The translations under genes were made by a program, and so were the position numbers. 64,000 nt of DNA from Candidatus Woesearchaeota archaeon (GTDB lineage: Archaea > Nanobdellota > Nanobdellia > Pacearchaeales > GW2011-AR1). Location: assembly GCA_964545065.1 (NCBI GenBank), contig CAZJEO010000001.1:53338-117337 (forward strand), read 5' to 3'. The notes below the pieces were generated by a model, which did no database searches, was not told the origin of the DNA, and saw only the letters and a list, made by a program, of their open reading frames with translations. Shown here piece by piece: positions 17,469-26,121 of this stretch; position 1 is the stretch's first letter; every line of letters starts with the position of its first letter.

Positions 17469-18329
17469 TTACTTGACATATTCATTTACTAACTTAGCCA
17501 TTGTTTTCATGAAGTCTTCTGTTCTGTCTTGCCACATATCTATTTCAACACCTTTTAAATCATTGATGTCGCCGTGGGAAATCTTTTTGTGGAGCATGAG
17601 TAAATCGCGGTACCATAAAGTATATTTCATTTTTAGTTTTCCTGCGTTGACAAAAGTTTCTTTTAGGTCAATTGAGATATGTTCTGGAGAAGCGGGCGGG
17701 ACATTTGCAGCAATGAGAGCTGCGTGAGCAGAATCAACCATTGCCCAATACAAGCCTTCGATTGAATTTAGTTCAGCTGCTTTGCTTCTTAGAATGTGTT
17801 GAGGGGCTCTTTGCAAACAATTGTAAATTGCTTCTGGTGTTGATTTTATTTTTCCTTTTACTAATAAGTATTTTAGAGGTTCGAAAAATCCTGCGAGGTC
17901 AATCATTGCTTCACCGTGGCGGATGACATTTATTACAACAGGGTCTCCGCGCATTAAATCTTCCCACCATGTACTTAATTTTATCGTATTAATGTGTAAA
18001 TGTTTTTGGTAAGGATTTGCTCGAAGTAGTTTGTCAAGTTCTTCCCGGTACCATGCGATTAATTCCTGGTCCCATTTTATTGAAACATCGTCAAGAATTA
18101 TAATTATATCAATGTCAGAGCCGGCTGTTGAGGTTTGCTTGACTGAAGATCCGAAAAGAACAACAGATTTAATCATCTTGTTGTATTTTTTATAGAGCTT
18201 TGTGGCAAAATCCATCGCTATCTCTGATTCATTTTTTAACTGTAGGCTTGGGACACTTTTTCCCTCTGGAATTCTCTTTTGAGATTTCTTCTTTGGCTTG
18301 CTTGGAGATTTAGATTTTTTCTTCACCAT
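17469..18329 (-). CDS. nucleotidyltransferase-domain protein with a helical (HEPN-like?) C-terminal domain
   Basis: 286 aa. NTase motif FGSSVKQTSTAGSDIDIIIILDD. The C-terminal LYWAMVDSAHAALIAANVPP parallels LYWGVLTPSQAVLMLYGLPP of 14424..15980. Confidence 0.7.
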   Translation of the reverse strand: MVKKKSKSPSKPKKKSQKRIPEGKSVPSLQLKNESEIAMDFATKLYKKYNKMIKSVVLFGSSVKQTSTAGSDIDIIIILDDVSIKWDQELIAWYREELDKLLRANPYQKHLHINTIKLSTWWEDLMRGDPVVINVIRHGEAMIDLAGFFEPLKYLLVKGKIKSTPEAIYNCLQRAPQHILRSKAAELNSIEGLYWAMVDSAHAALIAANVPPASPEHISIDLKETFVNAGKLKMKYTLWYRDLLMLHKKISHGDINDLKGVEIDMWQDRTEDFMKTMAKLVNEYVK

Positions 18330-18387
18330 CTTTTATGTTTGTAGTAAGTTTGAAGAGTTTTTAAAAGTTTTGAAGAAAAGGATAACT

Positions 18388-18435
18388 CCTCGCTTCGCTC
18401 GGAAATCTATTATGTTAATATCTAGATTCGCGAGG
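18388..18435. repeat. bipartite GC-rich intergenic motif, copy 1 (CTCGCTTCGCTCG-N22-AGATTCGCG)
   Basis: CCTCGCTTCGCTCGG at 18388..18402 and TAGATTCGCGAGG at 18423..18435. Lies in a divergent intergenic region, with the same orientation and spacing as the copies at 31041.. and 36880... Confidence 0.6.
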
Positions 18436-18562
18436 ATGAACAGATATTGTAAACAAGATTATATCCCAGCATGAATTCTTGGAATAAGGTATTTTAATCT
18501 TAGGGGCGGAAAATTTTGTTTTAAGTTAAATATTTAAAACTAGTTCTGTTTAAAAAATTGAG

Positions 18563-19093
18563 ATGGTGAAAAAAACAGTTTGTATTATTACTGGACCTTG
18601 TGGTGTCGGAAAATCTACAATATCTAAGTTATTGGCGAAACATATCAAAAAAAGTGCCTATATAGGTGTAGATATTTTACGGGAGGAGATGATTAAAAAC
18701 GGAAAAGTTAGTCCATTTTCTTACAAAGGGGAATCAAAAAGACAAGTAGATCTTGGGACAAAAAATTCTTCTGATTTAGCGAACAATTTTCTTAGAGCAG
18801 GATTTAATGTTTTTATTGATGATGTTCTTGAAAGGAAACAACAAGTAAAAGATTATATTAAGTATCTTAGTTCTTCCAAAATCCATATATTTCTTCTGTT
18901 ACCAAATAAAACGATTATTAAAAAAAGAGATTCTCAAAGGAAGAAGAAGGATAGGATGGGTAAAAGAGCATTAGAACTTCACGATATATTTACAAAAAGA
19001 ATTCCTGAAGAAAATTGGCATGTTCTAGACACAAGTAATCAGACAATAAAAGAAACTGAAAAAGAAATCTTAAATATTTTAGAGATAAAATGA
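18563..19093 (+). CDS. P-loop kinase-like protein (AAA_33-like)
   Basis: Walker A GPCGVGKST at the N-terminus; 176 aa. Confidence 0.6.
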   Translation: MVKKTVCIITGPCGVGKSTISKLLAKHIKKSAYIGVDILREEMIKNGKVSPFSYKGESKRQVDLGTKNSSDLANNFLRAGFNVFIDDVLERKQQVKDYIKYLSSSKIHIFLLLPNKTIIKKRDSQRKKKDRMGKRALELHDIFTKRIPEENWHVLDTSNQTIKETEKEILNILEIK

Positions 19094-19854
19094 AAAAAGT
19101 AAATTATCACATTCATACCACCGGCTCTGATGGAAAATTAAGACCTGAAGATTGGATAAAACTTGCAATAAAAAAGAAATTTGATATTTTAGGAATTACA
19201 GACCATTATACTATCCCAAAAGGTTTTAGAAAACCAAATAATGAAATGTACTCTTATTATTCTGAAAAACATTACAAAAAATTAATTGAATTAAGAAATA
19301 AATATAAGGATAAAATTAAAATTTTTGTTAATGTTGAATTTGATTGGTTTGAGGAGTATAAAGATTGGTTAAAGAAAGAAGCAACAAGAAGAAGATATGA
19401 TTTAAGATATATTTCAGTCCATTATATAAAAACAAAGAAAGAATATATACCATTAGATTGGACAGAAGAAGGTTTTCAAGACATGATCAAAAGTTTTGGA
19501 ACAGTAAAAAAACTTGTTAAGTGGTATTATTCATCATTAAGAAAAGCCATTAATCTCGGATGTTTTGATGTTGTGGCTCATTTAGATATAGTCAAAATTT
19601 GGAATAAAAATAAAAAGTATTTCTCTGGAAAGGAAAATTGGTATAAATTGGAAATCCAAAAAACATTAAAATTAATTAAAAAGAAAAATATGAAGCTTGA
19701 TTTAAATATATCAGGTTTTAGAAAACCTTGTGCTGAACAATATCCTAGCAAGGATATTTTAGAAGAAGCTAAAAAAATGAAAATTCCTCTTTTGGTTGGA
19801 ACCGATGCTCACAAAGCAGAGGAATTAGAAGCAGGACTAAATCTAATTAAATGA
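19090..19854 (+). CDS. PHP-family phosphoesterase (histidinol-phosphatase-like)
   Basis: YHIHTTGSDG, GITDHYT, VAHLD and GTDAH metal-ligand motifs. The start overlaps the upstream stop (ATGA). Confidence 0.75.
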   Translation: MKKVNYHIHTTGSDGKLRPEDWIKLAIKKKFDILGITDHYTIPKGFRKPNNEMYSYYSEKHYKKLIELRNKYKDKIKIFVNVEFDWFEEYKDWLKKEATRRRYDLRYISVHYIKTKKEYIPLDWTEEGFQDMIKSFGTVKKLVKWYYSSLRKAINLGCFDVVAHLDIVKIWNKNKKYFSGKENWYKLEIQKTLKLIKKKNMKLDLNISGFRKPCAEQYPSKDILEEAKKMKIPLLVGTDAHKAEELEAGLNLIK

Positions 19855-19952
19855 AAAATTTGGGTGAAACCAAGTAACATATAATTATTATGAATAAACC
19901 TAATTGAAATTTTAAGACACTTAGAGATGGTGAAGTTATAATCATTTAACAT

Positions 19953-21770
19953 TCATTCCATCGGCTTACCGCTCATTCTAGAACCTTGTGCTCCTGGCAT
20001 TTGTCCTCCGAGTTCTACTGGTAATTGCATGAAGCCTGCTCCAAATGTTTCATAATTCATTTGAGGAAGCCATTGTCCTGATAAACCTCCCATATATCCT
20101 TGTTGTAATCCTTGTGCCTGATTCCAGTAAGGTGCCATGTCCATTGAATAAATAGGAGAACCAAATGCTTCCAGAGTTTCTTTGAATGGTGGTGTTTTGA
20201 AATGCTGCCACCAGTTTCCGGCTTCGATAATTTTCTTTGCATCAAATCCTTCTTTTCCTATTTTTTCGAGAATTTCTTTTATTGGAACATTTCCCATACC
20301 CATTGGAAGTTCTGTGTGCTCGAATCCGAAGTTGTCTGATAGGTGGATGTGTTTTACAAGAGGAGCAACTGCTTCTGTTTCTTTTACAATGTCTTTATCT
20401 TCATAGCCGTATTTTCTGAGCATGTTAATATGCCCAACATCCCAGGTTACTCCAAGAATCTTATCTGCTGCTTGCTGCGCTTGCTTTTTTGACATTCCTA
20501 AACCTCTTTGGTCTTTAGGTAGATTATAACTATCGGGTTTTGTTGCTCTTGTAACAAATTCTTCTCTTGCTTTCTCAACAATTTCCTTGAGTTCTTCTCC
20601 TGTGCTGAATCCTCCACCTGCAGGAGGATTTTCAATACTGATTATTGGTGAATTGTTCCCGAATTTTTTATAAGAATCAAATGCAATATTTGCGAATGTT
20701 TGAATGGTTTTTCCTTTGGCAAATGAGTCAATTTCTGTGAACATTTCTGGGAGGGTAATATCCTTCAAAGTTCCAATTCCTTCATCAATAACTTCTCTTT
20801 TTAGTATTGCTTTATCATGCGTGCTTTTTGACTTATTTATTTCTTCTACTTTTTGTGCTATTCGTTCTCCTAGTTCTTTTATTGTTTCTTTATCCTGATC
20901 TGTTGCTGCGTATTCATATGCTGATTCATAAACTCCCTTAAATTCTCTGTATGCATTATTGAGGAATGTGTCTGCCATGGTGAATGCGTGCTTCGCTCTT
21001 TTTTCTTTTTCATTGATTTCTCTTCCTTGTGCTTCTTCTAATTCAGCTATGACTGCTGTTTTTTCATATGTATCGATTAATTCACCTGCTCGTTCATTTT
21101 CATATGAGAGGTGACTAAGATTTTGAAGCCAAGAATCTTCATTTACTTTGTTAAGTTCTTTTTGAATTATATCCTGCTCTGTTTCAGTTTTTTTTCTCTC
21201 TTCTCCGGGGAAATGTTTTTCTTCTTTTATTGGGATTCTGTTAATCCCGCCTGTTTCCTTATTGATGATGAGCATTTCCTCTGCTTTTTTTCCTTTTTCT
21301 CCTATTTTTCCAGGAAGCATTACAGAAGAATGGAAAGTTACTGGGATGTTTCCGTCGGGATTTATTTCATGGCTTTTTTCAACTGCTGAGAACATCTGAC
21401 GCTCTGCTGCTTTTCTGTTTGTTTCTGTGAATCCTTCTTTCTGAGTGAGTCCTGATGCTTCTACAATTGGACCGTGAACAGAGATATCGACTCCTGTTAA
21501 TTTAGAAAGTCTATTGAGTTCCTTTAAGTGTTGTTTTGGAATTGATTCAAATACTTCTGGAGTTACTGCAGATATTTCCATGTGCTTAACTCCTGATGCA
21601 AGTTTTGCAGATGTATCCTGTAAGACATTTGCTGTTCGCGGGTCTGTTGTTAAACCAAAGCCGCCCGCATTTACCTTGTAGCCTGTGAAAACATCACCAT
21701 AAGTAGGTTTTAGAGAAGAGTATCCTCCCTGATAAATGCTACTTAAAGTATAACCACCTATTTTTGCCAT
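19953..21770 (-). CDS. xylose-isomerase-like/EndoIV-like TIM-barrel protein split by a ~250-aa charged insertion, with a G/Q/M-rich tail
   Basis: 605 aa. The N-terminal part has ISVHGP and VTFHSS; the C-terminal part has WDVGHINM and HIHLSDNFG (sugar phosphate isomerase/AP endonuclease 2 type ligands). The middle is Glu/Lys-rich and helical. The tail is MGGLSGQWLPQMNYETFGAGFMQLPVELGGQMPGAQGSRM. Confidence 0.5.
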   Translation of the reverse strand: MAKIGGYTLSSIYQGGYSSLKPTYGDVFTGYKVNAGGFGLTTDPRTANVLQDTSAKLASGVKHMEISAVTPEVFESIPKQHLKELNRLSKLTGVDISVHGPIVEASGLTQKEGFTETNRKAAERQMFSAVEKSHEINPDGNIPVTFHSSVMLPGKIGEKGKKAEEMLIINKETGGINRIPIKEEKHFPGEERKKTETEQDIIQKELNKVNEDSWLQNLSHLSYENERAGELIDTYEKTAVIAELEEAQGREINEKEKRAKHAFTMADTFLNNAYREFKGVYESAYEYAATDQDKETIKELGERIAQKVEEINKSKSTHDKAILKREVIDEGIGTLKDITLPEMFTEIDSFAKGKTIQTFANIAFDSYKKFGNNSPIISIENPPAGGGFSTGEELKEIVEKAREEFVTRATKPDSYNLPKDQRGLGMSKKQAQQAADKILGVTWDVGHINMLRKYGYEDKDIVKETEAVAPLVKHIHLSDNFGFEHTELPMGMGNVPIKEILEKIGKEGFDAKKIIEAGNWWQHFKTPPFKETLEAFGSPIYSMDMAPYWNQAQGLQQGYMGGLSGQWLPQMNYETFGAGFMQLPVELGGQMPGAQGSRMSGKPME

Positions 21771-21808
21771 CTTTGATTAAATAAAGTTTCCTTTATTTAT
21801 TAATTTAT

Positions 21809-22408
21809 CTACAAGTTAACTTTCCTGTATTTTTTCTGCTCTGGTTCAAAAGGCATCCGTCTTTCTTGTTCAAGAGTTTCTGTTGTGAATCTTGGTTCAT
21901 TGTTCTCTTGAATTTCAATCCGAGGCTCTGTTCCGCGCATTAAAACTTCCTGATTTCTTCCAGTTAATCTTGTTGATTCTAATACAGGAGCACCAATACT
22001 TTCATATTTTTTTTCAGATGTTTTTGTCCTTCTGAAATCATTGTATCGTGGTTCATTCTCTGAAATTGGTGAAGTAGTGTAATCAATTCTTGTTTGGTCC
22101 TCTTTATTTTCTTGTTGGGAATTAGGGAGGTTTAATTCTAATGCTTTTTGTGTTTGGACTCTTTCAAGAACTGGTGCACGAGAATTTGTTTCAATTTGAG
22201 TAAAGGATTGTTCAAATCCAGATTCTTCAATTTTATCTGCTTCTTTAATATTTTTTTCTAAAGGAGAACCACCAGCGGGTTCTTCCCAGTTCCTGCGACC
22301 TAACAGGAAGTTGATTTCAGATTTTTTTTCGACTATCTTTTTCTTTTTTTTAATCTCTTTGATTTTCTTTTGTTTTGTTTTAGAAATCCCTTTCTTTTTC
22401 TTTGGCAT
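21809..22408 (-). CDS. Lys-rich low-complexity protein, hypothetical
   Basis: 199 aa. N-terminus MPKKKKGISKTKQKKIKEIKKKKK, repeated APVLE motif. Sits between two co-directional genes with gaps of 2 nt (upstream) and 38 nt (downstream). Confidence 0.5.
   Translation of the reverse strand: MPKKKKGISKTKQKKIKEIKKKKKIVEKKSEINFLLGRRNWEEPAGGSPLEKNIKEADKIEESGFEQSFTQIETNSRAPVLERVQTQKALELNLPNSQQENKEDQTRIDYTTSPISENEPRYNDFRRTKTSEKKYESIGAPVLESTRLTGRNQEVLMRGTEPRIEIQENNEPRFTTETLEQERRMPFEPEQKKYRKVNL
22264..22313. repeat. copy of the tRNA-Gly-intron two-hairpin module inside a CDS
   Basis: 44/50 nt identical to 14170..14219. The first 22 nt (GAGAACCACCAGCGGGTTCTTC) are identical. Same + orientation, so antisense to the host mRNA. 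Confidence 0.85.
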
Positions 22409-22410
22409 TA

Positions 22411-23841
22411 TTAAGTGAAACTTTCCATTCCATGAGCATCCTTGTAAATATCAAATAAATTAAAAGCAGTATCTTTTGATTTGCTTGCTGCAAAAGGTCT
22501 GATGTTTTCTTTTTCAATAAAATTATCTACTTTGATGATAGAATCTTTTTTATCTTTTCCTTTTTTTGTTTCTTTTTTATCATATTTTCCAATTAATGCA
22601 AAAAATGGGTTTGATTCATCTTGGGATTTCTCTTTCTTTTTTTTGGCCTCGGGTTTTTCTTCCTCTTCTAAAAAGAAATCAATTTCGTCTTGCAATTGCT
22701 TTAAACTTTCATCAGTTGCTCCTTCAATCAAAGTTAAGACATCGCCAACATCTGAATTTGCTAATTCTTTTTCTAATTTTTCTAACTCTTCTTCGTTTAA
22801 TGCATATCCTCTAAAGGTTATGTTGGCTTTTCCTCCAAAAGCATAATGCGCTTGCTGACCTGCCTTCTGAGGTATTCCTCTGAATGTGAAATCAATTAAA
22901 ACACAGCTGTAGTATTTTCTTTTTAATGATTTTTGAATTCCTGCTTCTGAAAATTCTTTTGGCAAATTTCCTGCTATTGCTTCATCCTTAACGTCTATTT
23001 CATGTTTGCCCAACAAAGTTAATTCAAGAAGAATTGTATTGAATACTTTTACTAATGCTGGTTCTCTTGCATTTTCTTTTGATTCGAGTTGCTGTGCTGC
23101 TTTTAGATATGGCTTTGCCCATCGTGAATAAAGTTTCAAGCTATTGACCTGACTTCTTAGATAATTTCTTTCAATTTCATATCTTTTTCTTAGTTCTTTT
23201 TCAGATTGGTCTAGCCATGCATTGAATTCCATTACTCTTGGTTTTAGGATTCTTCTCACTCTGTCGTTTAAGTCTAATTTGTCAACATCTTTTGCCTCTT
23301 TTGCTACGAGAAATGCATCAATGAGGGTTTGGAAACCTGCTTGGCCAAGTGCCATTGCTTTAATACTTGAGTTTTGTTTGGCTATATCTACTTTGTCCAT
23401 CCAGAGTTGTTTTAATGCGAGTGTTGCAGCATCTTTTTTACTTTCATCTTTTGATTTTAATCCCTCGTAATGATCTAATCTTATTCTGAATTCCTTTAAA
23501 TCATAGATAATATTTAGGACGCTTCTTAAAACAGTGTTGACATCTCCGAGTATTTTTGTTGCTTGTTGCTGCATTATTGTTGCTCTCTGTCCAAGTTCTG
23601 CAAAGTGTCCTGAACCAGGAGTAGATGAAAAGTTGTCTATGATCTTTTCTGGGCTTAACCCGTAGTCTGTCATTAAATCAACAATGAAAAAGTAAACTGG
23701 CTCAAGCGTTTCTGTTGAGGAATCATATTCAAGAACATGTTCTGTTTCTGGTTCTCCTTTTTTCTTATAGTATGGTGAAACATCTTGGATTATTTCAAAT
23801 ACTGATTTTATTTTTGTTTCTTCCTCTTCTGTTTTTGCCAT
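22411..23841 (-). CDS. hypothetical protein (476 aa, helical core, acidic/Lys-rich C-terminal region)
   Basis: Long ORF and first gene of the 23841..19953 string. I recognise no motif. Confidence 0.6.
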   Translation of the reverse strand: MAKTEEEETKIKSVFEIIQDVSPYYKKKGEPETEHVLEYDSSTETLEPVYFFIVDLMTDYGLSPEKIIDNFSSTPGSGHFAELGQRATIMQQQATKILGDVNTVLRSVLNIIYDLKEFRIRLDHYEGLKSKDESKKDAATLALKQLWMDKVDIAKQNSSIKAMALGQAGFQTLIDAFLVAKEAKDVDKLDLNDRVRRILKPRVMEFNAWLDQSEKELRKRYEIERNYLRSQVNSLKLYSRWAKPYLKAAQQLESKENAREPALVKVFNTILLELTLLGKHEIDVKDEAIAGNLPKEFSEAGIQKSLKRKYYSCVLIDFTFRGIPQKAGQQAHYAFGGKANITFRGYALNEEELEKLEKELANSDVGDVLTLIEGATDESLKQLQDEIDFFLEEEEKPEAKKKKEKSQDESNPFFALIGKYDKKETKKGKDKKDSIIKVDNFIEKENIRPFAASKSKDTAFNLFDIYKDAHGMESFT

Positions 23842-23876
23842 TAAGATTTTAAAGATAAGGAGTTTAAAAAATGTTT

Positions 23877-24440
23877 CTAATTTTGAGGCTTAAAAATTCT
23901 TATTGCTTCATCTAGTGACTGAAGATTTATTGGTTTTGGTCTATAAATTCCATTTTCTTTAATATAAACGCTAGAGAAATCTAATCCTTTACCAACTTCC
24001 TTAAATTTATGGCCATCAAGACAATATTTATTATTTAATGTGAATCCTTCTTTTGGTTCATAAGATCTCCAATGTTCATTAACAAAGATATCTGCAAAAA
24101 TATGCCCCTGAATCCCTTTAATACTTGTATCCTCTAACCATTTTTCATCGAATGTCTCTACATATTTTGTTGGAATTCCCAATTCTCTTGCTAAAACTAT
24201 AAATGCTAATGCTACGTCAGTACATCCAGTTACATAACCTGATTCTAGAATCTCCGAGGCAGTTCTTTTTCTAAAAATATTATCTTTATCAGAATCATCA
24301 CATTTCAAATTTGCAACATATCCACTTACTGCTCCCCATGGAGTTCTAGTAGATTGTTTTAATTCTCCAGCGATTTCTCTAACAAGATCATCTTTCTTGG
24401 TAAATTCTCCTTCTTCTAGGAAATTCAAATCTTCAATCAT
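23877..24440 (-). CDS. transglutaminase-like (papain-fold) domain protein
   Basis: TGCTDVALAFIVLARELGIPTKYV and GHIFADIFVNEHWRSYEP resemble the Cys and His/Asp segments of the transglutaminase core. Confidence 0.55.
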   Translation of the reverse strand: MIEDLNFLEEGEFTKKDDLVREIAGELKQSTRTPWGAVSGYVANLKCDDSDKDNIFRKRTASEILESGYVTGCTDVALAFIVLARELGIPTKYVETFDEKWLEDTSIKGIQGHIFADIFVNEHWRSYEPKEGFTLNNKYCLDGHKFKEVGKGLDFSSVYIKENGIYRPKPINLQSLDEAIRIFKPQN

Positions 24441-24519
24441 GATATTTGGGTATATTTACTATATTTAAGGCTTTCCAATTGAATAACTAAATTTAAAAAG
24501 AAAAAAATAAAATAATTTT

Positions 24520-24759
24520 ATGGTAAGTATGTTGGAGTTGTATATTTTATCTTTAAAGAATGTATTAAGACCTGGAACTAAATATTTTATAGGAAAATGT
24601 GATAGACAGATAGAACCTGTTGAAGGTGGAGGGGTTCCTCTGATTTTTGATGATCAAGAGAGAGCTTTTGAAGAATGCCGTAAATATTCTACCGAACATC
24701 CTGAACTAGATGTTGGAGTTTATGAGATAAGAATTTGTAGGGTGATTAATTCAGAATAA
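24520..24759 (+). CDS. hypothetical protein
   Basis: 79-aa ORF, 20 nt after a TATA-like ATTTAAAAA. Confidence 0.45.
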   Translation: MVSMLELYILSLKNVLRPGTKYFIGKCDRQIEPVEGGGVPLIFDDQERAFEECRKYSTEHPELDVGVYEIRICRVINSE

Positions 24760-24793
24760 CTAAATTTAAAAATGAGAGATGCTTTTGTTTAAT

Positions 24794-25138
24794 ATGGTTT
24801 TGTTTAAATCAAAGAGAAAAGATAGAGTGTTGGATTTGACTGAGAAATATCGGAAACAGTTGGATGCGGCGACACAACGGGCATCTAGTGGTGAAGCGAG
24901 TTCTTCGCAAACAGGTGATTCTTCTGAATTTAATTTTCTTGGTAGCATGGCTTCTGGTGCTCAACCTGCTGGAGAGGCTGAAGAACCTATTTCTGTGAAT
25001 GTTGAAGAAAGGAAAAGGAAATTGACCAAGAGACTTGTTGATATGACTAACCAGATAGAAGGTTTATCAAATCAGATTTATCATTTGCAGCAGAGAGTTG
25101 AAGTTCTTGAGAGGAAATCTGGAATTGGGGTTGAATGA
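24794..25138 (+). CDS. hypothetical coiled-coil protein
   Basis: ORF 24779..25138. ATG 24794 (MVLFKSKRK) lies 21 nt after the duplicated promoter element. C-terminal heptads LVDMTNQIEGLSNQIYHLQQRVEVLE. Confidence 0.5.
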   Translation: MVLFKSKRKDRVLDLTEKYRKQLDAATQRASSGEASSSQTGDSSEFNFLGSMASGAQPAGEAEEPISVNVEERKRKLTKRLVDMTNQIEGLSNQIYHLQQRVEVLERKSGIGVE

Positions 25139-25200
25139 ATTTATCTCTTTTAAGTGATAACAATCGGAAGTTTTATAAATCATTTTTCTTGTAGAAAACC

Positions 25201-26121
25201 ATGAAAATAATTCATATGTCAGATATACATGGAGATTTAGAGACTTTTGACGTTGCATTAGAGTATGTTTTAGCAAGCGATGCAGAAGTTTTAGCAATAA
25301 CAGGAGACCTTTCAGGAAAAGTTTTTTCTCATGAAGAAGAAAAGCCGTTTGTAGAGACGACTCAGAAACTTCAGTCTATAGCTCAACAATTTATTGCTAC
25401 AACTAAAGGGAATGTTAGAACCTTCCATGATGCAGCGGAATTTTTAGTGTCGGCGAGGGTAGAGGCACCTGTAGAAATAAAACAATGTGCAAGAGATTAT
25501 CTTAATTTTGAAAACATAGCAAGAGAAAGAATGTTGCAAACCTATACAGGATTTAAAACAAGATTTGATGATTTAGGAAAAAAGGTTTTATTAGTTCCTG
25601 GAAACTGGGATGGAAAATGTATAGATGATGTATTAGCTCATGAGAATATTCATAGTAAATATTTTGAAGAAGTTGAAGGAGTTAGATTTATTGGTTATGG
25701 TGGAGCTTATGAACCTCCAAAAGTATTGCCGCCTTATTTAACAGTAAAGTTTGACAGAGATGATGCTTATTCTCATTTGATCAAGTATGAAGCTGAAATA
25801 GCATTAATGCACACAATGCCAAGAGGTTTTGGAGATAATGCAACACATCCTGGAGAATATAGCTTACTTGCTTATATGTATAGAAATCAACCAGATTTAA
25901 TTTTGGTAGGACACACGCATACACCATTTATAATCAAAGATGAAAAAAGCGGAGTAATGGTTGTAAATCCAGGGAATTTAGGAAAATATAATGATGAATC
26001 CTTTGGAACTTTTTTAGAAATTGAAACTGATGAATATTCTGTTAGGCCAAAGGCCCTTCATCAAGTTATGGGTAGTTCTATTATAACTGAAGAATTAAGT
26101 GAAAACGTGCCAGCGCGATAA
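25201..26121 (+). CDS. metallophosphoesterase (calcineurin-like)
   Basis: Motifs MSDIHGD, ITGDLSG, PGNWDG and GHTHTP. Confidence 0.85.
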   Translation: MKIIHMSDIHGDLETFDVALEYVLASDAEVLAITGDLSGKVFSHEEEKPFVETTQKLQSIAQQFIATTKGNVRTFHDAAEFLVSARVEAPVEIKQCARDYLNFENIARERMLQTYTGFKTRFDDLGKKVLLVPGNWDGKCIDDVLAHENIHSKYFEEVEGVRFIGYGGAYEPPKVLPPYLTVKFDRDDAYSHLIKYEAEIALMHTMPRGFGDNATHPGEYSLLAYMYRNQPDLILVGHTHTPFIIKDEKSGVMVVNPGNLGKYNDESFGTFLEIETDEYSVRPKALHQVMGSSIITEELSENVPAR

